Notes under the pieces: generated by a model
What the model was told of the DNA's origin: nothing
What the model saw: the letters and a program-made list of their open reading frames with translations, nothing else
Database searches by the model: none
Program-made: the position numbers and the translations under genes
Source: Candidatus Eiseniibacteriota bacterium
Lineage (GTDB): Bacteria; Eisenbacteria; RBG-16-71-46
Length of the DNA stretch: 64,000 nucleotides
Assembly (NCBI GenBank): GCA_031370785.1
Contig: JANMQY010000016.1
Location: 1 to 64,000, forward strand
Direction: 5' to 3'
Shown here: positions 1-9,341 of the stretch, piece by piece
How positions within the stretch are numbered: position 1 is the first letter of the stretch
How the letters are laid out: the number at the start of each line of letters is the position of its first letter

Positions 1-296
1 GCTCGTCCGGCCTTGTTGCGCTGAAGGTGCCCGACCAGGTGCCAGCGCACCGGCGCACCGTCCGGCGCCACGCGCCCCACCGCTTCGATCTTGCGCTCGG
101 CCTCCTGCACCCGGTTTTCCCCGAGGTCCAGGGCGCCGAGCGCGATCGCGGCCGCCACCGATTCGGGCGCCACGGTCTTGACCACCGCAACCAGAGTCAC
201 CGCATCCGGGTCGCGTCCCGAGCGGCCGGCCGCGGCGGCGATGCGGCCCCGGACCTCGGCCAGACGCTCTCCAAGACTGCTCGGGGCCCCTTTCAC
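1..296 (-). CDS. yggS: YggS/PLP homeostasis protein (3' end runs off the window)
   Basis: Manual minus-strand translation: ...LAEVRGRIAAAAGRSGRDPDAVTLVAVVKT...DLGENRVQEAERK...WHLVGHLQRNKA. GTG start at 296, alternative at 317. Confidence 0.9.
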   Translation of the reverse strand, partial: MKGAPSSLGERLAEVRGRIAAAAGRSGRDPDAVTLVAVVKTVAPESVAAAIALGALDLGENRVQEAERKIEAVGRVAPDGAPVRWHLVGHLQRNKAGR

Positions 297-374
297 GGAA
301 CGCGCGAGGGTAGTCACCTCGCCCCGGGGCTGCAAGCCGAAAGAACCGGGTAGGGCGGGCGAGGGGAACGCCCG

Positions 375-415
375 AAAAAGCCGACGGCGCGGGGGCGTGT
401 TGCGCACCCGCGCCG
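375..415 (-). terminator. Probable intrinsic terminator of tmRNA
   Basis: Minus-strand GC stem CGGCGCGGG...CCCGCGCCG followed by TCGGCTTTTT, just downstream of the tmRNA CCA end. Confidence 0.55.
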
Positions 416-425
416 CGGAACGACA

Positions 426-779
426 TGGTGGAGGCGGCGGGAATCGAACCCGCGTCCGAAAGTTCATCCTCAAAGAGTCCTACAGGCGTGTCCGGCCGTT
501 TAAGTCTCGCGCCCCTCCGCTCCGACCGGCGGGATCAGCGGTGCGCCAGCTCGATTGGTTCTCGTCCGCGGCCCACGAGCGAGGGCTTTGGACCAGCCTG
601 CGTTTATTTGACGCTCGCGTCGCTCCCCACAGGCGGGGTGCGGGCGACCGTCGCTGCTAATTAAGCAGCGAGAGCCATCTGCTCGTTGGCAGATGAATGT
701 TCCCGTTTTTTTGACGAGGACACGGGTCCCCGGCCTGCACTCTTTGATTCAAAACCCCCGTCGAGACCTTTACGCCCCC
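426..779 (-). ncRNA. ssrA: tmRNA, tag peptide (A)ANEQMALAA encoded at 690-661
   Basis: 5' GGGGGCGTAAAGGTCTCGAC pairs with 3' CGCCTCCACCA (G3-U wobble). T-arm GGTTCGATTCC. Tag ORF GCC AAC GAG CAG ATG GCT CTC GCT GCT TAA. Confidence 0.97.
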
Positions 780-812
780 CACGGGCGGCGAGCTTTTCGA
801 CTCGCCATTCTG

Positions 813-841
813 TTATCGGCGGAATTGATCTGATGCTTCAA
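813..841 (-). promoter_or_regulatory. Possible sigma28-like promoter upstream of ssrA
   Basis: Minus strand TGAA-N16-GCCGATAA; the -10 is an exact sigma28 consensus, about 35 nt upstream of the tmRNA. Confidence 0.35.
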
Positions 842-844
842 TTC

Positions 845-1279
845 TCAAAATGGGATGTCGTCATCGGGGCCACCGCCGAAATCCGCGGTGACCGAGTCGT
901 CCGGTGGAACGGTCGCGCCGGCGCCGGCATCGTCCGGGCGACCTTCGGTGCGCCCGCCCAGCATCTGGATGTTGCGCGCGACGATCTCGGTCGAGTAGCG
1001 CTTCTGGCCTTCCTTGTCCTGCCACTGCCGGGTGCGGATGCTGCCTTCGACGAAGATCTGCCGGCCCTTGGTCAGGTACTGGCCCACGATCTCCGCCTGC
1101 TTCCCCCACACCACTACACGATGCCACTCGGTGGCTTCCTGCTTCTGGCCGCTCTTGTCGGTCCAGCGCTCCGTCGTCGCCAGTCGCAGATTCGCAACCG
1201 CCTGTCCGCCCTGCGTGAAGCGCATTTCCGGATTCGCGCCGAGATTGCCGAGCAGGATGACCTTGTTGACGCCACTCAT
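845..1279 (-). CDS. ssb: Single-stranded DNA-binding protein
   Basis: [23 protein letters not shown]-terminal DDDIPF. Confidence 0.98.
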   Translation of the reverse strand: MSGVNKVILLGNLGANPEMRFTQGGQAVANLRLATTERWTDKSGQKQEATEWHRVVVWGKQAEIVGQYLTKGRQIFVEGSIRTRQWQDKEGQKRYSTEIVARNIQMLGGRTEGRPDDAGAGATVPPDDSVTADFGGGPDDDIPF

Positions 1280-1391
1280 GGTGCTCTCCTCGCTGTGCTC
1301 TGGGGTCCGATGGGGTCTCCGTTGCGGGGGCCCTGTGAAGGGGCAGCATAGGGCCGCGAAGCGGTACTCTGCAACGTTCGCGCGAGGACGT

Positions 1392-1421
1392 TTGACGCGC
1401 CCCCGAGCGCGCGGATATCCT
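1392..1421 (+). promoter_or_regulatory. Sigma70-like promoter of the tRNA cluster
   Basis: TTGACG-N18-TATCCT, about 19 nt upstream of tRNA-Pro. Confidence 0.6.
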
Positions 1422-1439
1422 CCGCGCCCTGATCGTCAC

Positions 1440-1519
<80 letters not shown>

Positions 1520-1563
1520 CGCCGGCCGCAACGAAGCGCAATGGGGTGGCCGGCTCGATCCCC

Positions 1564-1640
1564 GCGCCTGTAGCTCAGAAGGATAGAGCAACGGATTTCT
1601 AATCCGTCGGTCGGGGGTTCGATTCCCTCCAGGCGCGCCA
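1564..1640 (+). tRNA. tRNA-Arg(TCT)
   Basis: Acceptor GCGCCTG/CAGGCGC plus GCCA, anticodon arm ACGGA-TT TCT AA-TCCGT. Confidence 0.97.
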
Positions 1641-1686
1641 CTCGTAGGCCCTCGAACGCGCTGCGCATCTCGGCTTCCAAAATGGT

Positions 1687-1763
1687 GGTGGATGTAGCTC
1701 AGCTGGTAGAGCACCGGACTGTGGCTCCGGTGGTCGCGGGTTCGAACCCCGTCATCCACCCCA
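1687..1763 (+). tRNA. tRNA-His(GTG) with encoded G-1
   Basis: G-GTGGATG/CATCCAC-C-CCA, anticodon arm CCGGA-CT GTG GC-TCCGG. Confidence 0.97.
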
Positions 1764-1866
1764 TCATTCCTGCCGCGCTCGAGCGGGACGCGTCACGACG
1801 CATCACGATGCGCCGCAGCCCTGGGAGCGCCTCGTCGGTCAACGACCGGTACATGAAGGAGCATTC

Positions 1867-3279
1867 TTGAGACGCGCGAAGATCGTGTGCACGCTGGGCC
1901 CTGCGTCCTCATCGCCGGAGGCGATCCGCGCGCTGGTGGACGCCGGGATGGATGTCGCGCGCCTCAATTTCTCCCACTCCACGCGCGACGACCACGCCAC
2001 GCTCTACCGCCGGGTGCGCGAGGCTTCGGACGCCTCGGGACGCGCGGTCGGCATCCTCGCCGACCTGCAGGGCCCGAAGATCCGGCTCGGCACCTTCGCG
2101 AAGGGCTCGGTCATGCTCGATGACGGCGCCGAGTTCGTGATCACGACCGAGCCGACCATCGGCGACTGGCGGAGAGTCTCCACCGACTATCCGATGCTGG
2201 CGCAGGACGTGAAGCCCGGCGACACCCTGCTCATCGATGACGGGCTGGTGAAGCTGGAAGTGCTCGCGACCGACGGCCGCGAGGTGCGCTGCCGGGTGAT
2301 CGAGGGCGGCAAGGTGTCGGACCACAAGGGCCTGAACCTTCCCGGGGTGGCGGTGAGCACGCCCGCATTCACCGAGAAGGATCGCTCCGACCTGCGCTTC
2401 GCGCTTTCGCTGCGCGTGGACCTGGTGGCGATGTCGTTCGTGCGCTCGGCCGAGGACATCCGGGAAGTACACAAGGTCATGGACGAGAGCGGTGCGCGCC
2501 TGCCGGTGATCGCGAAGCTCGAGAAGCCCGAGGCGGTCGCGAACCTCGAGGCGATCGTCGAGGCGTTCGATGGATTGATGGTCGCGCGTGGCGATCTCGG
2601 GGTCGAGATTCCGCTCGAGCAGGTGCCGCTGGTGCAGAAGCGGGCGATCCGGCTGGCGCGCGAGCGGGCGCGGCCGGTGATCGTCGCGACCCAGATGCTG
2701 GAGTCGATGATCCACCACTCGCGCCCGACCCGCGCCGAGGCCTCGGACGTCGCGAATGCGGCGCTCGACGGTGCCGATGCGCTGATGCTCTCGGCCGAGA
2801 CCAGCGTCGGCGAGTATCCGATCGAATCGGCCGCGACCATGGCGCGACTGATCGAGGCGGCCGAAGTGCAGGGCATCGCCGAGCTGACGCAGGTGGATGC
2901 GAACCCGTCGGTGACCCAGGACGCGATCGCTTCGGCCGCAGCAAGGGTCGCGGGCGACGTGAATGCGCGGGCGCTGGTCGCCTTCACCCAGACCGGGCAG
3001 AGCGCGCGACGCGTGGCCAGCCACCGCGAGCGGATCCCATTGCTCGCGTTCACGACCGAGCCGGCGGTGCGCAGCCAGCTCGCGCTGTGCTGGGGCGTCG
3101 AGACCTTCGTGGTGCCGAAGGTGAGTCACACCGACGCGATGGTCGAGCAGGTGGATCGCGCGCTGCTCACACTCTCGCGCTGCTCGCGCGGCGACCTGGT
3201 GGTGATCGTGGCCGGAACGCCGCCTGGCGCAGCCGGCTCGACCAACACCGTCCGCGTACACCGGCTCGGCGCGCTGTAG
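1867..3279 (+). CDS. pyk: Pyruvate kinase
   Basis: KIVCTLGP, RLNFSH, DLQGPKIR, MVARGDLGVE, ATQMLESM, PTRAEASDVANA. Confidence 0.98.
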   Translation: MRRAKIVCTLGPASSSPEAIRALVDAGMDVARLNFSHSTRDDHATLYRRVREASDASGRAVGILADLQGPKIRLGTFAKGSVMLDDGAEFVITTEPTIGDWRRVSTDYPMLAQDVKPGDTLLIDDGLVKLEVLATDGREVRCRVIEGGKVSDHKGLNLPGVAVSTPAFTEKDRSDLRFALSLRVDLVAMSFVRSAEDIREVHKVMDESGARLPVIAKLEKPEAVANLEAIVEAFDGLMVARGDLGVEIPLEQVPLVQKRAIRLARERARPVIVATQMLESMIHHSRPTRAEASDVANAALDGADALMLSAETSVGEYPIESAATMARLIEAAEVQGIAELTQVDANPSVTQDAIASAAARVAGDVNARALVAFTQTGQSARRVASHRERIPLLAFTTEPAVRSQLALCWGVETFVVPKVSHTDAMVEQVDRALLTLSRCSRGDLVVIVAGTPPGAAGSTNTVRVHRLGAL

Positions 3280-3288
3280 CGAGCGCAG

Positions 3289-3897
3289 CTAGAGCGTGGT
3301 GTTCGGGCGCTCCCGCGCCCAGAGCTGCTTGATCAGCGCCTCGACCGCACGCGAGCGGTGCGAGATCAGGTTCTTCTCATCGAGCGAGAGCTCGGCCAGC
3401 GTGCGAGCCTGCCCGGGCAGCTCGAAGATCGAGTCGTACCCAAAACCCTGGTCGCCGATCGGCTTGATGGCGATGCGTCCCTCGAGCACGCCCTCAGCGA
3501 TGATCTCCCGCCCGCGCGGAAAGCACGCCACCAGTACGGTGCGGAAGCGTGCTCCACGCTTCTCGTGCGGCACGCCTTTCAGTTGCTCGAGCACCGCCCT
3601 TACGTTGTCGTTGTCCTGGGCCTCGGGCCCGGCGTATCGCGCCGATCTCACCCCCGGCCTGCCGCCGAGCGCGTCCACTTCGAGACCGGTGTCGTCGGCG
3701 ATCGCGGGCATGGCGGCGACGCGCATCGCCGCCTCCGCCTTGAGGCGTGCGTTCTCGATCAGACTGCTGCCGGTCTCGGATGGCACCAAGGCGCCCGGAA
3801 ACTCGCTGATCCCCATGAACTCGATCTCGGAGCCTTCGAACAGCCGGTTGAATTCGCGCACCTTGTCGCGATTGAACGTCGCGAGCGTGAACAGCAT
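3289..3897 (-). CDS. rdgB: Non-canonical purine NTP pyrophosphatase (RdgB/HAM1)
   Basis: ATFNRDK, ADDTGLEVDALGGRPGVRSARYAG, GFGYD, KNLISHR. Start at ATG 3897 after an AAGGAAGG RBS, inside a longer spurious ORF. Confidence 0.93.
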   Translation of the reverse strand: MLFTLATFNRDKVREFNRLFEGSEIEFMGISEFPGALVPSETGSSLIENARLKAEAAMRVAAMPAIADDTGLEVDALGGRPGVRSARYAGPEAQDNDNVRAVLEQLKGVPHEKRGARFRTVLVACFPRGREIIAEGVLEGRIAIKPIGDQGFGYDSIFELPGQARTLAELSLDEKNLISHRSRAVEALIKQLWARERPNTTL

Positions 3898-3944
3898 CGA
3901 TGAATCGTCCTTCCTTGGGAGCGAGTTGGGTGGCTTGGGTGCGC

Positions 3945-4688
3945 TCAGGATTCCGGCAGCAGCCCCGAAGCCCCCAGCAGCCGACGCTGGGCGGCGACCA
4001 CCCGGCGCACGCCGGCGCGAGCGAGCGAGAGTAACGCCTTGAGCTCGGCGTCGCTGAACGAGGTGGTTTCCCCGGTGCCCTGCAGCTCGACGAAGCGGCC
4101 GCTTCCGGTCATCACCACGTTCATGTCCACCTGGGCGCCCGAATCCTCGGCATAGTCGAGATCGAGGCACGGCGTCCCGTCGACCAGTCCGACCGAGATC
4201 GCCGCGACCGCGTCGCGCAGCGGCGCACTCGCGAGATGATTGCGGTTGGACAGCGTCACGAAGGCGTCGTGGAGCGCGACCAGCGCGCCGTTGATCGCCG
4301 CGGTCCGCGTGCCGCCGTCGGCCTCGATCACGTCGCAATCGAGGATCACGGTGCGCTCGCCGAACGCCTTGAGGTCGGTGACCGAGCGCAGGGATCGTCC
4401 GATCAGGCGCTGGATCTCCTGCGCGCGCCCGCCGGTCTGGCTGGTGCGCGGCGTGCGCTCGCCGGTCGCGCGCGGCAGCATCCCGTACTCCGCGGTCACC
4501 CAGCCCTGATTCTTGCCGCGCAACCAGCCGGGAACGCGATCCTCGATGGTCGCAGCGCACAGCACCCGGGTGCGGCCCATGCTCACCATCGCCGAACCCT
4601 CGGCGTGCGGCAGCACGCCGCGCTCGACCTTGAACGCGCGCATCTGGCGTGGCCCGCGCCCATCGTGGCGCAGGAACTCCTTCGCCAC
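3945..4688 (-). CDS. rph: Ribonuclease PH
   Basis: RHDGR, GWVTAEYGMLPRAT, EIQRLIGRSLR, DCDVIEADGGTRTA, DLDYAED. Start estimated at GTG 4688. Confidence 0.96.
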   Translation of the reverse strand: MAKEFLRHDGRGPRQMRAFKVERGVLPHAEGSAMVSMGRTRVLCAATIEDRVPGWLRGKNQGWVTAEYGMLPRATGERTPRTSQTGGRAQEIQRLIGRSLRSVTDLKAFGERTVILDCDVIEADGGTRTAAINGALVALHDAFVTLSNRNHLASAPLRDAVAAISVGLVDGTPCLDLDYAEDSGAQVDMNVVMTGSGRFVELQGTGETTSFSDAELKALLSLARAGVRRVVAAQRRLLGASGLLPES

Positions 4689-4732
4689 CGCCGGTCGGCT
4701 CTCGCGCTCACGGATGGCCTGTGGCTTTCGGG

Positions 4733-5611
4733 TCAAGCGTTGTCTCCAGTCAATGCGGCGCGTTGCCCGCGGCTCTCGGGCAGGGCCCGCTCGAACCACG
4801 GCAGGTCGGTCTGGTCGACGATGGTGGTGGGCGGCAGCTCGCGCCCGAGAAAGCTGCGCGCGATGCGTGCGAAATCCAGACGCTCATCGCTGAGGAAGAA
4901 GTGATGCTCGGGCTCTCCTTTGGCGAGCTGGCCGCGCTCACCGAGCAGCGTCGCGGTCGCGCGCGCGGCCTCGGCGCCCGAATCCACCAGTCGCACGCCC
5001 GGCCCCATCAACTCGCCGATCAGAGGAGCGATCAGCGGATAGTGGGTGCAGCCCAGGATCAGGCTTTCGAGGCGCGCCTCGCGCAGCGGAGCCAGGCACT
5101 CCTCGGCCACCGAGCGCATGACCGGATGATCGATCCAGCCCTCTTCGATCAACGGCACGAACATCGGGCACGCACGCGAGACCACTTCGGCGGCGGATGC
5201 GAACCGGGCCAGCGCGGTCTCGTACGCGCCACTTTTCACCGTGGCCAGCGTGCCGATCACTCCGATGCGCCCGTGCGGGCTTGCAGCCGCCGCGGCTCGC
5301 GAGGCCGGCTCGATCACGCCGACCACCGGGATCTCGAGGCGCCGCGAGAGCGCATCCAGCGCGTAGGACGACGCGGTGTTGCACGCGACCAGCAGGCACT
5401 TGATGTCCTGGCGCACCAGGAACGCGGCGATCTCGAGGCTGAAGCGGGTCACGGTGTCGCGCGACTTGGCGCCGTACGGAAGGCGCGCGGTGTCGCCGAA
5501 GTACACGATCGACTCGGACGGCAGCGCGCGGAACAGCTCGCGCACCGAGGTGAGGCCGCCGAGGCCTGAATCGAAGACGCCGATCGGTCGGGAGTCGTGG
5601 GTCGCGCTCAT
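4733..5611 (-). CDS. murI: Glutamate racemase
   Basis: IGVFDSGLGGL, PYGAKS, ACNTAS, LGCTHYP (both catalytic Cys present). Confidence 0.97.
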   Translation of the reverse strand: MSATHDSRPIGVFDSGLGGLTSVRELFRALPSESIVYFGDTARLPYGAKSRDTVTRFSLEIAAFLVRQDIKCLLVACNTASSYALDALSRRLEIPVVGVIEPASRAAAAASPHGRIGVIGTLATVKSGAYETALARFASAAEVVSRACPMFVPLIEEGWIDHPVMRSVAEECLAPLREARLESLILGCTHYPLIAPLIGELMGPGVRLVDSGAEAARATATLLGERGQLAKGEPEHHFFLSDERLDFARIARSFLGRELPPTTIVDQTDLPWFERALPESRGQRAALTGDNA

Positions 5612-5624
5612 GCGGGCTGTCTCT

Positions 5625-6200
5625 CTAGGGCCAGTCCGAGACATCGATCGGACGATCGAGCGGCAGATGACCGCCCAGCGTGGGCAGCGGCTCTCCTCCG
5701 CACACCAGCAACAGCTTCTTCACCTCGGGCACGTTTGCCGCGACGGTGCGCACCACCGACGAGATCGCGAGGTACTCCGCGCCCGCGCCGCCGTGAAACC
5801 CCTGCACGAATGCGCGCGACAGGTCCAGCGTCATCTGTCCGCGATCGTCCATGTAGACGTGCAGCACCGCGGTGCCCGCGGGCAGGGCGGCCACAGCGTT
5901 CCCGCGGCGCGGTCCGCGGTCCAGCTCGGAGATCAGCGCGGAGACGCGCTCGTGCAGCGTGCCGCCTTCCACCAGATCGCGCGACTCGCCGACCAGGCTG
6001 TCCCCCGAAGTCGCGGCGAAGTAGAGCCGCACCGCCTTGAGACCCGTGGCCAGCGTGTCGGGCCGGGCCGTGGCCGGCGCGGCCGCGCGCTGTGTCGTGC
6101 GCGCATGCCAGAGCGCCCAAGCTAGCACAGCGAACAGAGCCGCTCCAATCAGCAGCCGAAAGATCGTGCGCATCTGCGGGATCACTCGTTGCGCTGCCAT
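5625..6200 (-). CDS. GerMN domain membrane-anchored protein
   Basis: N-terminal TM helix, VRLYF...ESR, LDLSRAF, LPTLGGHLPL; lies between the amidase and murI. Confidence 0.8.
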   Translation of the reverse strand: MAAQRVIPQMRTIFRLLIGAALFAVLAWALWHARTTQRAAAPATARPDTLATGLKAVRLYFAATSGDSLVGESRDLVEGGTLHERVSALISELDRGPRRGNAVAALPAGTAVLHVYMDDRGQMTLDLSRAFVQGFHGGAGAEYLAISSVVRTVAANVPEVKKLLLVCGGEPLPTLGGHLPLDRPIDVSDWP

Positions 6201-7582
6201 GCCTCGACTCCGTCGGCGATCGCCAGGGCGAGCGCGTTCATGCCTTCCTCATCCGTCACGCGCCGCCGGTCGGCCGGATTGGTGAGCGTCGCGCACTCGA
6301 GCAGCATGCCGGGCGCATTGACGCCGAGCAGCTCGCTCGGCAGCAGCTCGTGCAGGCGCGTCGGTCCTCCACCGCGCAGCTCGAGCGAACCGAGCACGGC
6401 TTCGGCGAGCGCGCGGCTCGGCACCGCCCAGCGCGCCGCGACATCGCGCCACGGCAGCACCGCATCGCCCGATCGCAACCCGCCGGCGCCGGCCTGGCCG
6501 CCCGCTCCCCCGCCGAACACCGCCGGCGGACAGTAGGCGCTCGCTCCGCCCGCGCGCGGGCTCGCGTAGCCGTCGAAGTGCAGCGAGATCACCAGGTCGG
6601 CGCGCGCGCGATTGGCCGCTTCGGCGCGCTGCTCGACCTTGAGCGTGCGGTCGTCGTCACGGGTGAGCACGACGCGCACCTTCACCCGCCGTTCGATCTC
6701 GGTGCGCAGCTTCTTCGCGAGCACCAGCGCGAGATCCTTCTCCTGCACGTCCCCGGCGGTAACCCCGGCGTCGGCGCCGCCATGCCCCGGATCGAGGACG
6801 ATCACGCGCAGCGCGCGCGGGCCGGACGGACCTTCGGGCGCGAACGATTCCCACGACTCGCCCCCGGAGCGGGCCAGCTCGAGCGTCACGCGCCCCCCTT
6901 CGCGGATCAGTCGGTAGGCGGATGCCTCGGGAGCAACACGCAGCTCGAACGCGCAGCCGGTGACCGCCCCCAGCGGGCGCAGGTCGCGCAGCAATCCGGT
7001 GCGAGTCGAGTCGGGAATGACCCCGGCGAAGAATCCGCCGAAGCGCAGCGTGAAGTGCGCGCGCGCCCGGCCGACCACGCGCGCATCTTCCGGCTCATCA
7101 GCCGGGAACGTCACGCGGGTCACGCCTTCGAGCGCGACCACCCGCGGCGTGCCGACCACGCCGCCGGCCGGGACCACCAGCACTACCGCGTGGCGCGGAT
7201 CGTAGAGCAGGCGCGCCAGCGTCGAATCGCGCGGCAGCGCATCGAGCAGCGCGACCGGCGCCTGCAACTCGCCGCGCAGGGATCGCACTGGAAGCGCGAG
7301 GCGCAGCGTGGCGTCATCCACGATCACGAACGGGTTGTCGGCGGTGAGCTGCACCCGGTGCGCGCCGGCGCGCAGCTCGAGCTTGCGCACGTCCGCATGC
7401 CAGAAGCGCGCTGCATCGAGCAGCCGCGCCAGATCGTTGGCGCCAATGTAGGGCGCGCCGCCGAGCATGTGCACCGGGGCCTGATCGAGGCTCTGCGGCA
7501 TCGGCGGCGAGGAGGCGCGAGCCCCGGTGACGAGCGAGAGCGAGGCGATGAGCGCGACCAACGCGAGAGCGGCGGCGCTCAT
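6182..7582 (-). CDS. N-acetylmuramoyl-L-alanine amidase (Amidase_3), secreted
   Basis: Signal peptide; VLDPGHGG, QEKD, LTRDDD, ISLHFD, MLLEC (Zn ligands present). Confidence 0.88.
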   Translation of the reverse strand: MSAAALALVALIASLSLVTGARASSPPMPQSLDQAPVHMLGGAPYIGANDLARLLDAARFWHADVRKLELRAGAHRVQLTADNPFVIVDDATLRLALPVRSLRGELQAPVALLDALPRDSTLARLLYDPRHAVVLVVPAGGVVGTPRVVALEGVTRVTFPADEPEDARVVGRARAHFTLRFGGFFAGVIPDSTRTGLLRDLRPLGAVTGCAFELRVAPEASAYRLIREGGRVTLELARSGGESWESFAPEGPSGPRALRVIVLDPGHGGADAGVTAGDVQEKDLALVLAKKLRTEIERRVKVRVVLTRDDDRTLKVEQRAEAANRARADLVISLHFDGYASPRAGGASAYCPPAVFGGGAGGQAGAGGLRSGDAVLPWRDVAARWAVPSRALAEAVLGSLELRGGGPTRLHELLPSELLGVNAPGMLLECATLTNPADRRRVTDEEGMNALALAIADGVEAWQRNE

Positions 7583-8058
7583 GACTCTCGCCCCTTGTGT
7601 CTTTTCGCGCGATCCATCTCGCGGCGCGCGTCCTTCTCCGCCATCGAGGCGCGCTTGTCATAGAGCTTTTTGCCTTTGCCGATGCCGATCAGGAGCTTGG
7701 CGCGCCCGCGCGTGAAGTAGAGACGCAGCGGAATGATGGTCTGGCCCTTCTCGGCGATTGCTTCGCGCAGGCGGTCGATCTGGCGGCGGTGGAGCAAGAG
7801 CTTGCGCGAGCGCACCGGGTCCAGGTTCCAGCGGTTGCCCTGCTCGTAAGGGGGGATGTGCAGCTGGATCACGAACGCCTCGTCGTTCTGCACCGTGGCG
7901 TAGGCCTCCGAGAGGCTCGCCTTGCCGGCGCGCAGGCTCTTCACCTCGGTGCCGGTCAGCACGATCCCGGCCTCGAAGGTCTCGAGGATGAAGTAATCGT
8001 GGCTGGCCCGGCGATTCTGAGCCACCACCCGCTCGGAGGAGTCGAGATCACGGGTCAT
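7579..8058 (-). CDS. smpB: SsrA-binding protein
   Basis: NRRASHDY, EAGIVLTGTEVKSLR, RKLLLH, GKKLYDKR. Confidence 0.98.
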   Translation of the reverse strand: MTRDLDSSERVVAQNRRASHDYFILETFEAGIVLTGTEVKSLRAGKASLSEAYATVQNDEAFVIQLHIPPYEQGNRWNLDPVRSRKLLLHRRQIDRLREAIAEKGQTIIPLRLYFTRGRAKLLIGIGKGKKLYDKRASMAEKDARREMDRAKRHKGRES

Positions 8059-8141
8059 TGGGGTGGACTCCGGGATGCGGGCGGCGAGAGATCCGGCTGT
8101 CGCGGCGCCGTCCCGGCGCGGCCGGGCGAGCTGAAGTCGCG

Positions 8142-8228
8142 TGGTGCGGAAGGGGGGATTTGAACCCCCACACCCTTTCGGGCGCTAGAACCTGAATCTA
8201 GTGCGTCTGCCAGTTCCGCCACTTCCGC
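8142..8228 (-). tRNA. tRNA-Leu(CAG)
   Basis: Acceptor GCGGAAG/CTTCCGC-ACCA, anticodon arm CTAGA-TT CAG GT-TCTAG, long variable arm. Confidence 0.97.
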
Positions 8229-8245
8229 ACGAAGTCGAGGCGCGG

Positions 8246-8274
8246 AATATAGGGGCCACACCCTGCCCCGTCAA
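8246..8274 (-). promoter_or_regulatory. Sigma70-like promoter for tRNA-Leu and the smpB block
   Basis: Minus strand TTGACG-N17-TATATT. Confidence 0.65.
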
Positions 8275-8292
8275 CCGCAGCGCCGGCGCCTT

Positions 8293-9267
8293 TCAGCGCA
8301 CGCGCTTGCGCTCGAGGACCTTCTCGGCGGCGGCGACGATGTCCTTCGCGCGCAGGCCGAATGCGTCCATCAGCTCGGCCGGCTTGCCCGACTGGCCGAA
8401 CCGGTCGTGCACCGCGACAAGCTCCATCGGGACTGGCGCGCTCTGCACCACCACCTCGGCCACCGCACCGCCGAGCCCGCCGTTCACCTGATGCTCCTCG
8501 GCGGTCACGATCGCGCCGGTCTCGCGCGCCGCGTGCACGATCAGGTCGCGGTCGATCGGCTTGAGCGTGTGCAGGTTGATGACCCGGGCGCTATAGCCCC
8601 GCTCGGCCAGCGTCTCTCGCGCGCGCAGCGCTTCGTACACCATCACCCCGCACGCGATCAGGGTCAGATCCTTTCCTTCCGCGAACACCTCGCCTTTGCC
8701 GAACGTGAACGGCGTCTCCTTCGAGGTCACGACCGGCACGTCCTCGCGACCGAAGCGCAGGTAGACCGGTCCCTGATGCTTCGCGGCGGCGATCGTCGCC
8801 TTGTACGTCTCCCAGAAGTCGCACGGCACCAGCATGGTCATGTTCGGGATCGAGCGGATGATGCTGATCTCTTCCATCGCCTGATGCGTCGCGCCGTCCG
8901 GCCCGACCGAGATGCCACCGTGCGCCCCGGCGATCTTCACGTTGAGGTTGCTGTAGGCGACGGTCACGCGGATCTGGTCCGCGGCACGGCACGACGCGAA
9001 CGCGCCGTAGGTCGCGAAGAACGGAATCTTGCCCATGGCGGCGAGTCCGGCCGCGATCCCGCACATGTTCTGCTCGGCGATTCCGACCTGGATGAACCGG
9101 TCCGGAAACTTCTCGGCGAAGAAGTGGACCATGGTCGACTCGCTGAGATCGCCGACCAACACCACGATACGCGGGTCCTGCTCGCCCAGATCCACCAGCG
9201 CGCGGCCGAAGCCCTCGCGCGTCTTCTTCATTTCGACTTTTTCGGGAAGGGTGATGGTTGCGGTCAT
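8293..9267 (-). CDS. Transketolase, C-terminal subunit (split type)
   Basis: VGIAEQNM, GPDGATHQ, GPVYLRFGR, TAEEHQ. Confidence 0.92.
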   Translation of the reverse strand: MTATITLPEKVEMKKTREGFGRALVDLGEQDPRIVVLVGDLSESTMVHFFAEKFPDRFIQVGIAEQNMCGIAAGLAAMGKIPFFATYGAFASCRAADQIRVTVAYSNLNVKIAGAHGGISVGPDGATHQAMEEISIIRSIPNMTMLVPCDFWETYKATIAAAKHQGPVYLRFGREDVPVVTSKETPFTFGKGEVFAEGKDLTLIACGVMVYEALRARETLAERGYSARVINLHTLKPIDRDLIVHAARETGAIVTAEEHQVNGGLGGAVAEVVVQSAPVPMELVAVHDRFGQSGKPAELMDAFGLRAKDIVAAAEKVLERKRVR

Positions 9268-9341
9268 GGGAACGAGGCCTCAGGGTCCGCTTCGCCCGAG
9301 CGCGCCCCAGGGATCGGGGCGCGATCGGCGGGATGGTTTCG

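Noticed and set aside
425..664. 79-aa ORF MVEAAGIEPAS...
   Set aside because: Antisense translation of the tmRNA 3' end.
3898..4560. Apparent long N-terminal extensions or fusions (rdgB, DUF4388, tmk, larC, ABC ATPase ORFs)
   Set aside because: Open frames run through the upstream gene in another frame; internal starts with RBS or stop/start overlaps explain them.
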